Below the pieces are notes generated by a model that had not been told where the DNA came from, ran no database searches, and saw only the letters and a list, made by a program, of their open reading frames with translations. Source: a virus. Taken from it: a DNA stretch of 64,000 nucleotides. Numbering within the stretch: the stretch's first letter is position 1; each line of letters opens with the position of its first letter. The DNA is taken from the IMG/VR virus record IMGVR_UViG_3300045988_062257. One strand, given 5' to 3'. Shown here in pieces: positions 56,036 through 64,000 of the stretch. The translations under genes and the position numbers were made by a program.

Positions 56036-59000
56036 ATGAGTTATTTCAACAATCATGCTCATACAGAATATAGCAATCTCCGTCTTCTCGACTGCATAAA
56101 TCATCCGGAAGAGTTGATTGACAAGGCTATCGAGCTTGGATTGACAGGAATCGCAATTACAGACCACGAATCGTTGAGCGCTCATATGAGAGTCAACAAG
56201 TATGCTAAAAAACTACAGAAAACTCATCCTGAGTTTACTATTGCATTGGGTAACGAAATCTATCTGACCGATACGCGAGAAATGGGTCAGAAGTATTATC
56301 ACTTTATTCTTCTCGCAAAGAATGAACATGGCTATAGAGGTCTGAAAGAGTTGTCCTCTATTGCATGGACAAACGGTTATTATGACCGTCGAATGGAAAG
56401 AGTGCCGCTCCTTAAATCTGAACTCAAAGAGATCATGCAAAGATTTAAGGGAGATATTATTGGCACAACTGCTTGTATCGGTGGAGAATTGGGACAGTCT
56501 ATTCTAAACCTTGATGCTTGCGAAAAAGCTAACGATGAAAATAATGCACGTCGTTACCATGAACAGATTATCGACTTTATGGAGTTTGGTATTGATGTCT
56601 TTGGTAAAGATGATTTTTATATAGAGTGTGCGCCAGCGAATAACGAGGAGCAGATTATTGCAAATAAGAGAATGCTTAGTATCGCTAAAGCATTTGATGT
56701 AAAGGTATGCGTTGGCACTGACGCTCACTATCTCACCAAGGAAGATAGATATGTGCATAAATCCTATCTTAATTCCAAAGGTGGAGAAAGAGAAGTTGAT
56801 TCATTTTATGAGTTTACTTATCTTATGTCTGAGCAAGAGGCAACAGATTTACTTTTGTCTAGCTACGACTTAAATACAATTTATTGGATCTACGACAATT
56901 CTAATGAAATCAAGGATAAGATTGAGTTTTACTCTCTTGAGAAACATCAGTCTATTCCAGAAGTAGAAGTAACTCATTATAATAAGTATGATTGGTCACG
57001 AGTTCCAGAAGATATGATGGATACTTTCCGTGATGATTATAAAGTATTAACTTCCTTGATTGAATCTGATAACGAGCAAGAGAAATATTGGATTCAGGAA
57101 TGCATCATTGCAATGCAGGAGAAAGGTCTTATCCATAAGAAAGAGTATTGGGAAAGACTTGAAGAAGAAGCAAGAGTAAAGAGAGTTATTGGCGAGAAGT
57201 TACAAACCTGTATGTTCGCATACCCTAATACATTGAAACACTATGTAGATTTGTTCTGGAATTGCGGAAGTACAGTCGGTGCAGGCCGAGGTTCTGCGTG
57301 TGCAGCTTTAAACCATTATCTCCTTGGTATTACTCAGCTTGACCCCATCGAGTGGGACTTACCTTTCTGGCGTTATATTAACGATGAACGTGTTGAGTTA
57401 GGCGATATCGATCTTGACTTGGCACCGTCTAAAATTCAGAAGATTTTTGCCGAAATCCGCAAGGAAAGAGGAGAACTTGGTCTAGTCCAGGTTTGCACTT
57501 TTGGTACAGAAGGTACGAAGTCTGCAATCTTGACTGCGTGTAGAGGTTATCGTTCTGAGGAATATCCCGATGGTATTGATGTTGATGAAGCACAATATTT
57601 GAGTTCTTTGATTCCTCAAGAGCGTGGTTTCCTGTGGCCAATTGAAGATGTTGTCAATGGTAATCAAGAGAAGGGCAGAAAACCTGTTAAAGCATTTGTA
57701 ACCGCGGTTTCGCAGTATGACGGACTATTAGACATTATTGTTCGTATTCAGGGCATGGTGAATAAGAGAAGTAGTCACGCATCTGGTGTTATTCTCTTTG
57801 ATGAAAATATCTATGATTCCGCCGCAGTTATGCGTACTCCAAAAGGCGCATTGATTACTCAGTGGGATCTGCATGACCAGGAAGCCGCAGGTTCTGTGAA
57901 ATATGACTTCCTGCTAACAAGTGTGCAGGATATTATTATTCAAACTATTGAACTTCTTCAAGCCGATGACGTTATTGAAAAAGATTTAACTCTTAGAGAG
58001 GCTTATGATAAGTATTTACACCCATCTGTTCTTCCGCAGGATGATGAAGCAATGTGGACTGCTCTGGCAAATGGTGATGTAATCGGCTGTTTCCAGTTTG
58101 ATAGCGCGGTTGGCGCACAGGCAGCCAAGAAAATCCGTCCGCATAACCCTCTCGAAATGGCGGATGCCAATGGTTTGATGCGTCTTATGGCTTCTGAGCC
58201 TGGCGCAGAAACTCCGATGGAAAAGTATGTTAGATATAAGAATAATATCTCTTTGTGGTATCAAGAGATGGATAAGAATGGTCTGACGAAACAAGAGCAG
58301 AAAACTTTGGAGCCTTACTTCTTATCTTCTTATGGTGTACCTCCCTCTCAAGAGCAGTTGATGAAGATGTTGCGGGATCCCGATATCTGCAACTTTAGTC
58401 TGGCTGAAGCCAACGCCGCAAGAAAGATTGTTGGTAAGAAACTGATGGATAAGATTCCAGAACTTCATCAGAAGGTTCTGGATACAGCAAAGTCAGAAAT
58501 GTTAGGCAAGTATGTTTGGAAATTTGGACTCGGTCCGCAGATGGGCTACTCATTCTCTGTAATCCATGCTCTTGCTTATAGCTTCGTTGGTATGCAGACT
58601 CTTTATCTCGCTACACATTTCAATCCTGTGTATTGGAATACCGCGTACCTAATCGTTAATAGTGGGGCTATTGATGAAGATGAGGGCGAGCAATCTGACT
58701 ATACAAAGTTAGCAAAGGCTATTGGTGAAATTCGTAACAAAGGTATTAAGGTATCTCTTGTTGATATTAACCATTCTGCACTTGGATTTAAGCCCGATGC
58801 AGAAAACAATCAAATCTTGTTTGGTCTAAAGGGTTTAACTAATGTCAACAATGATTTGATTAAAGAGATTATCGCAAACCGTCCATATGTATCTATGGTT
58901 GATTTTTATTATAGAGTAACACCTAATAAGCAAGCTATGATTGCTCTTATTAAGGGTGGTGCTTTTGATCAATTCTGTAATCGTAAAGAAGCTATGGTAC

Positions 59001-59932
59001 AATATTTATGGATGACCTGTGATAGAAAAAAGCGTTTAACTCTACAAAATATGCCAGGTCTTATCCGCTACGGTCTTCTGCCTGAAAATACAGAAGAGCA
59101 AGTTCTTGCGCGCAGGATCTATGAGTTCAATCGGTATCTAAAAGCAGAATGTAAGTACGATGGGACTTATTATAAGTTGGATGAACGAGCGGTTGACTTC
59201 ATTTATGAGCTTAGTACGCAAGTCGGGGGCATCGAGGAGAATATCGTGAATGAGAATGATATGTTCCTCTTTAATGTAAAAGATTGGGATAACTTCTATC
59301 AAAAGGAAATGGATATATTCAGAGATTGGATTAAAGAAAATAAAGATAGTATTCTTGATGAACTGAATACTCGAATCTTCATGCAAGATTGGGAAAAGTA
59401 TGCTAAAGGAAATATTTCCTCTTGGGAAATGGAAGTTCTGTGCTTCTATTACCATGACCACGAATTAAGCAATGTGAACACTCAAAAGTATGGTTTAGTA
59501 GATTTCTTCTCTCTACCTGAAGATCCAATCATTGAAAAAACTTTCAAAAAAGGTGCATCTATTATTCCAATTTATAAGCTCAATAGAATCTGCGGAACTT
59601 GCATTGCAAAAAATAAAACTAAGAGTGTTGTGTATCTACTTACAACAACAGGCGTAGTATCTGTTAAATTCAGACAGGAGTATTTCGCTTTGTTTGATAA
59701 GCAGACCTTCCGCAAGAATAATGATGGAACTAAAACTGTCATTGAAAAGTCTTGGTTCAACCGTGGCAATATGATTATGGTACAAGGTATCCGTAGGGGT
59801 GATGAATTTGTAACTAAGAAGTATGCAAGTTCCAATGGTCACCAACTGTATCATATTGATGAAGTAACTGCTGATGGTTCTCTCGTTCTAAGAAGTGAGA
59901 GAGCGACAGGAGAGGAAGAAGAAGATGAATAA
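56036..59932 (+). CDS. dnaE: DNA polymerase III alpha subunit (DnaE/PolC family, N-terminal PHP domain)
   Basis: PHP motifs HTEYSNLRLLD...DHES, polymerase core (GSAC...DIDLDL), 1298 aa, uninterrupted by TAG. Confidence 0.7.
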   Translation: MSYFNNHAHTEYSNLRLLDCINHPEELIDKAIELGLTGIAITDHESLSAHMRVNKYAKKLQKTHPEFTIALGNEIYLTDTREMGQKYYHFILLAKNEHGYRGLKELSSIAWTNGYYDRRMERVPLLKSELKEIMQRFKGDIIGTTACIGGELGQSILNLDACEKANDENNARRYHEQIIDFMEFGIDVFGKDDFYIECAPANNEEQIIANKRMLSIAKAFDVKVCVGTDAHYLTKEDRYVHKSYLNSKGGEREVDSFYEFTYLMSEQEATDLLLSSYDLNTIYWIYDNSNEIKDKIEFYSLEKHQSIPEVEVTHYNKYDWSRVPEDMMDTFRDDYKVLTSLIESDNEQEKYWIQECIIAMQEKGLIHKKEYWERLEEEARVKRVIGEKLQTCMFAYPNTLKHYVDLFWNCGSTVGAGRGSACAALNHYLLGITQLDPIEWDLPFWRYINDERVELGDIDLDLAPSKIQKIFAEIRKERGELGLVQVCTFGTEGTKSAILTACRGYRSEEYPDGIDVDEAQYLSSLIPQERGFLWPIEDVVNGNQEKGRKPVKAFVTAVSQYDGLLDIIVRIQGMVNKRSSHASGVILFDENIYDSAAVMRTPKGALITQWDLHDQEAAGSVKYDFLLTSVQDIIIQTIELLQADDVIEKDLTLREAYDKYLHPSVLPQDDEAMWTALANGDVIGCFQFDSAVGAQAAKKIRPHNPLEMADANGLMRLMASEPGAETPMEKYVRYKNNISLWYQEMDKNGLTKQEQKTLEPYFLSSYGVPPSQEQLMKMLRDPDICNFSLAEANAARKIVGKKLMDKIPELHQKVLDTAKSEMLGKYVWKFGLGPQMGYSFSVIHALAYSFVGMQTLYLATHFNPVYWNTAYLIVNSGAIDEDEGEQSDYTKLAKAIGEIRNKGIKVSLVDINHSALGFKPDAENNQILFGLKGLTNVNNDLIKEIIANRPYVSMVDFYYRVTPNKQAMIALIKGGAFDQFCNRKEAMVQYLWMTCDRKKRLTLQNMPGLIRYGLLPENTEEQVLARRIYEFNRYLKAECKYDGTYYKLDERAVDFIYELSTQVGGIEENIVNENDMFLFNVKDWDNFYQKEMDIFRDWIKENKDSILDELNTRIFMQDWEKYAKGNISSWEMEVLCFYYHDHELSNVNTQKYGLVDFFSLPEDPIIEKTFKKGASIIPIYKLNRICGTCIAKNKTKSVVYLLTTTGVVSVKFRQEYFALFDKQTFRKNNDGTKTVIEKSWFNRGNMIMVQGIRRGDEFVTKKYASSNGHQLYHIDEVTADGSLVLRSERATGEEEEDE

Positions 59933-60479
59933 AGTCAAAGTCATTGCTTTATTTGGTAAAGCCGGGAGCGGGAAGGATACAATCCTTCGCGCTCTCGTTA
60001 AAGTAGATCCTGATAAATTTAATGAGATTGTGAGTTGTACTACTCGTCCTCCTCGCGGAGGAGAACAAGAGGGAGTAAATTATCACTTCTTAACAATTGA
60101 CCAGTTCACAGAGAAAGTCCTTAATGGCGATATGCTAGAAGCAACTGAATTTAATGACTGGCATTATGGGACTGCTTTATCTAGTTTATCAAAAGATAAA
60201 ATCAATGTGGGCGTCTTTAATCCTCAAGGTATTAGATGCCTAATGGAAGATAATTTCGTAGATTTAACTGTGTATTATGTGCAGACTAGTGATAAAGAAC
60301 GTCTAATCAGACAGTTAAATAGAGAAGAGAATCCTGATATTCAAGAAATTATTAGACGTTTCTCAACTGACGAACAAGATTTTGAAGATTTAGAGGATAT
60401 TGATTATCAAGTAATTAAAAATCAAGATGCAGGCGATTTACTTCGTGCTGTCGATCTTATAGCTGGGCAATTTTGTTAA
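59925..60479 (+). CDS. Guanylate kinase-like nucleoside-monophosphate kinase
   Basis: P-loop GKAGSGKDT and Gmk-like CTTRPPRGGE. ATG 59925 with RBS GGAGAGGAAG (ORF table starts at an upstream in-frame codon, 59895). Confidence 0.5.
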   Translation: MNKVKVIALFGKAGSGKDTILRALVKVDPDKFNEIVSCTTRPPRGGEQEGVNYHFLTIDQFTEKVLNGDMLEATEFNDWHYGTALSSLSKDKINVGVFNPQGIRCLMEDNFVDLTVYYVQTSDKERLIRQLNREENPDIQEIIRRFSTDEQDFEDLEDIDYQVIKNQDAGDLLRAVDLIAGQFC

Positions 60480-60530
60480 ATTTGCTTATCAAAAACACCA
60501 GATAAAATATAATCAGCTTGGGAGGTTAAT

Positions 60531-60962
60531 ATGTATTGTATATATTTACACCGTAATTTAATAAATGGCAAGGTGTATATCGGATAGACTAAGTTTGGCG
60601 ATAATCCAAATAAACGGTGGTAGGGTGGAGAAGGTTATAAAAGATAGATAAATTTTTATGAAGATATTTCTAAATATGGATGGGATAATTTTGACCATAT
60701 TATATTAGCTTCAAATCTAACTTTAGAAAGAGCTAATGCTTTAGAAATAAAATTCATAGAAGATTATCAGTCTACCGATCCTCAATATGGCTATAATATC
60801 ATGTCTGGTGGAGGAAATGCGCTATCCAATAATTCTAACCTCCTTTCAACTTTATACTTTAATGATGAAAAGGGAATCCTAAGAAGCAAGAAAGTAAAAA
60901 GTGTTTTAGAAGCTGAAAAGATTAGATATAATGAAAAATATCAAAGATATTTTGGAAAATAA
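60531..60962 (+). CDS. GIY-YIG homing endonuclease (free-standing, between gmk-like and nrdD); three in-frame TAG
   Basis: RBS GGGAGG. YCIYLHRNLINGKVYIG*TKFGDNPNKRW*GGEGYKR*INFYE: the canonical GIY-YIG motif is YIGQT..R...H. Confidence 0.6.
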
Positions 60963-60981
60963 ATACAAGGGAGTGTTTTGA

Positions 60982-63234
60982 TTGCTACAAGTGAAAAAGA
61001 GAAATGGTATCCTTGTACCATTTGATAAGCAAAGAATCGTTAACGCTATCAATAAGGCTTTCATCGAAGTTGATGGCACTTTATATGAAGAAGATACAGC
61101 AAATGATATTGCTGATGAAATTAAGTATAGTGTAAAGACCACAGATAAAATTATCTCTGTCGAGGAAATTCAAGACATGGTTGAAGACTTCCTCATGCGA
61201 TCTGAACGCAAAGATGTAGCTAAAACCTATATTCGTTATCGTTATAAACGAGAGGTCGCGCGTTCAGGCAGAGACGATTTTATTAAGGCTTTCTCTGAGA
61301 AGATTAACGGTACAGCCATTGAGAATTAGAACGCTAATGTTGATGAAATGTCATTCGGCGGTCGAGTTGGCGCAGGGTCTGACTTGCAAATGAAGAGATA
61401 CGCTCTAGATTACTGCGTTTCTGATATGGCTCGCTGCAATCACGAGAACAATGAAATTTATATCCATGACCTATCTGCTTATGCAGTTGGTATGCATAAC
61501 TGTCTCTCCATTCCTTTTGATGATCTACTCGCGAAAGGTTTCAATACTAGACAGACTGACGTGCGGCCCGCAGGTTCTGTGAATACTGCTTTCCAGTTGG
61601 TTGCTGTTATTTTCCAGCTTCAATCCTTACAGCAATTTGGTGGAGTAAGTGCTACCCATCTTGACTGGACTATGGTTCCTTATGTAAGAAAAAGTTTTAG
61701 AAAACATTATATTGAAGGTTTAAAGTATATTGAGAATATCTCCGATAAAGAGCTTTTTGACCATATCCCAGATACTGCTGGAATTGAAGATAATGAATAT
61801 ATGATTTATGATAAAGCATATCAATATGCTCTTGATATGACTGTTAAAGAAGTGCATCAAGCTGTAGAAGGTATGTATCATAATCTTAATACTCTTCAAT
61901 CTCGTTCTGGTAATCAATTACCATTCACTTCTATCAACTATGGTACTTGCACTCTACCAGAAGGTAGAATGGTTACAAAAGCATTGCTTGATGTTTCTAT
62001 CGAGGGACTCGGTAGACTGCATAAAACTTCTATCTTCCCTTGCGGTATCTTCCAATGCATGAAAGGTATCAATCAAAAGCCAGGCGATCCAAACTATGAT
62101 TTGTTCAGACTGGCCCTAAGATCTACTGCAACTAGACTCTATCCTAATTATGCTAATGTTGATTGGTCTGGTAATGCAGGATATGATCGAAACGATCCAC
62201 GCACATACTTTAGTACGATGGGTTGTAGAACCGCGAATGGTTGGGATATAAATCACGATGATGGAGTTAACGGTCAAACAAAAGATGGACGCGGCAATAT
62301 TTGTCCTGTAACTATTATCATGCCTACTCTTGCTATGGAGTGTAAGATTAACTTTGATGCAGATGTAAAAGGCCATCATTCTTTTGATGATAGACAAATT
62401 CTAATTGACAGATTCCTCTATAAACTTGACCAGAAGATCCATGAAGCAAAAGATATGCTAATTGAACGTTTTGATTATATCTGCTCCCAACCTGCGGCAT
62501 CCGCCAAATTCATGTATGAGAACGGCTTAATGATAGGCTATGACGGTAAGAATACTCGTAGTGCTCTTAAGCATGGTACTCTTGCTCTTGGTCAATTGGG
62601 TCTAGCTGAAACTCTGCAAATCCTTATTGGTCAAGATCATACTACTCCAGAAGGTATGAAGTTAGCAAAGCAGATTGAGCAGCTTTTTAAAGATAGATGC
62701 GCAGAGTTTAAGGAGCAATACAGCTTAAACTTTGGTGTATATTATACTCCTGCTGAGAATCTTTGCTACACAGCTATGACAAAGTTCAAAGAGAAGTACG
62801 GAGAAATTCCTAATGTAAGTGATAGAGATTATTTCACTAACTCTATTCATGTCCCTGTATGGAAAGAAATGTCTCCATTTGATAAGATTGACATTGAGAG
62901 TCAATTAACTGGATATTCTTCCGCTGGGTGTATCACTTATGTCGAACTTGATAGTGGCGTCAAGAATAATATTGATGCTTTAGAAACTCTAGTGCATTAC
63001 GCCATGGAACATGATATTCCCTACTTTGCTATCAATGTTCCTAATGATACTTGTCTTGACTGTGGTTTCATGGACGAATTTAACGATCATTGTCCTGTTT
63101 GCGGAAGCCATCATATCCAACAACTTAGACGAGTAACCGGCTATCTAACTGGTAACTATACAACCGCATTTAATGCAGGTAAAATTGCAGAAACAAATGA
63201 TAGAGTAAAACACGCTGGTCGATTGGAGGAATGA
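60982..63234 (+). CDS. nrdD: Anaerobic ribonucleoside-triphosphate reductase (NrdD) with N-terminal ATP-cone; TAG joins cone and catalytic body
   Basis: ATP-cone VKKRNGILVPFDKQRI. ORFs 60982-61329 and 61348-63234 are in the same frame (offset 366 nt) across TAG 61327-61329. C-terminal zinc site CLDCG...CPVCG and glycyl-radical motif RVTGYL. Confidence 0.65.
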
Positions 63235-63237
63235 CCT

Positions 63238-63720
63238 ATTCGTTACGCAGGAATTATTTATAATGACTTTTCTTCAGCACCTGGTGTGTGTCTATCATTC
63301 TTTACTCAGGGGTGCCCCTTCCATTGTGAGGGGTGCCACAATCCTGAGACTTGGGATTTTGATGGCGGAAGAGAGTTTACACAAGATACTTTGCAATCAA
63401 TCATTACTGGATTGAAAGCTAATGGAATACATAGAAATCTATGTATCATGGGTGGAGAACCTTTATGCCAAGATAATTCATTCCTTACTCGCTTGATTGT
63501 AACGGCAGTAAAGAAAGAGCTACCGGATACTAAAATCTACATTTGGACAGGTAATAAATATGAAGAACTTCTTCATTCTTCTGATACCAATATGCGGGAA
63601 ATTCTTAAGACTGCGGATGTCTTGATTGATGGCCCCTATATTCAAGCTGAACGAGATATTACCTTGCCTATGCGTGGTAGCCGCAATCAGCGCATCATTA
63701 ACTTACATGATGCTAATTAA
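63238..63720 (+). CDS. nrdG: Anaerobic RNR activating enzyme (NrdG); non-ATG start unresolved
   Basis: Conserved N-terminal IRYAGIIYNDFSSAPGV and radical-SAM CxxxCxxC (GCPFHCEGCHN) lie upstream of the first in-frame ATG/GTG (ORF table start 63286). The frame opens right after the nrdD TGA. Confidence 0.5.
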   Translation: MRYAGIIYNDFSSAPGVCLSFFTQGCPFHCEGCHNPETWDFDGGREFTQDTLQSIITGLKANGIHRNLCIMGGEPLCQDNSFLTRLIVTAVKKELPDTKIYIWTGNKYEELLHSSDTNMREILKTADVLIDGPYIQAERDITLPMRGSRNQRIINLHDAN

Positions 63721-63736
63721 TTCCATTTTTGGTGGC

Positions 63737-64000
63737 ATGATGATTGCCATAGCTAGTTATATTTATCTTCAAGTCGGCGGAATAGTAGGAGCCTTTCTCT
63801 TTTCTATAGGGCTTCTAACCATTCTTAATATGAACTTTAAGCTATATACTGGTGCAATAGGATTTATACATCTAAATCCCGCAGATATGCAAAACATTAC
63901 TACGATTCTTACTGGTAATTTAATCGGAGTATGCTTACTCTTGTTCTTCCCGCACTCTGCGGCCATTCCTTTGGTCGCTACCAAGCTAGCTCTTCCACTT
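63737..64000 (+). CDS. Membrane protein, 5' part (runs off the window end)
   Basis: Open + strand frame from ATG 63737 to the window end encodes hydrophobic helices. Absent from the ORF table because no stop is reached. Preferred over antisense ORF 63769-63984. Confidence 0.35.
   Translation, partial: MMIAIASYIYLQVGGIVGAFLFSIGLLTILNMNFKLYTGAIGFIHLNPADMQNITTILTGNLIGVCLLLFFPHSAAIPLVATKLALPL

Noticed and set aside
2477-63234. TAG-interrupted genes being pseudogenes of a decaying prophage.
   Set aside because: Every interruption is a single TAG, never a frameshift or another stop. Frame and domain continuity are preserved across all of them, and Gln restores canonical motifs (SHFTGQ, YIGQT).
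63769-63984. Minus-strand ORF listed in the six-frame track.
   Set aside because: The + strand has an open hydrophobic-helix frame from ATG 63737 to the window edge, consistent with the all-plus-strand organisation. The minus ORF lacks an RBS.
1-64000. Possibility that TGA or TAA are also reassigned.
   Set aside because: Many genes end in TAA or TGA immediately before an RBS-spaced start of the next gene, and no conserved domain continues across a TAA or TGA.

Overview
This window looks like part of a large virulent tailed-phage genome with Firmicutes-style signals. Almost every gene is on the + strand and preceded by a strong AGGAGG-type Shine-Dalgarno. Genes or small operons sit between a Rho-independent terminator hairpin and a conserved A/T-rich promoter-plus-leader motif (roughly TATAATATATATAGAAAGTTAAGAAAGGAAG), seen about 17 times.

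Content, in order: a dense tRNA cluster with several non-canonical tRNA-like genes (1-5.5 kb and 8.7-9.7 kb); tail-fibre-like structural genes; a Ro60/TROVE (Rsr) gene with candidate Y-RNA-like elements; an RNA repair set (Thg1-like, PNK-like kinase, Rnl2-like ligase, nucleotidyltransferase); a NAD salvage/synthesis module (nicotinamidase, PRPP-synthetase-like, NAMPT-like, NadE); several calcineurin-like phosphoesterases; an SPFH protein; PIN-PhoH; a lysis cassette; and a replication/nucleotide block (RNase H, topoisomerase II subunits, ligase, ThyA, DHFR, Sak4-like ATPase, DnaB, primase, DHH/RecJ-like, Dda-like helicase, Pol III alpha, guanylate kinase, anaerobic NrdD/NrdG).

The central observation is that the amber codon TAG is used as a sense codon, most plausibly Gln. 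About 40 in-frame TAGs reconnect adjacent ORFs into full-length conserved proteins and restore canonical motifs: SHFTGQ in an HNH endonuclease, and YIGQT / YIGQS in GIY-YIG endonucleases. TAA and TGA still terminate genes. The TAGs are concentrated in homing-endonuclease genes (one carries 16) and in the lysis cassette, while most long replication and structural genes have none. A tRNA-Leu(UAA) gene is interrupted by a group I intron carrying an HNH endonuclease. Coordinates I derived by hand may be off by 1-2 nt.
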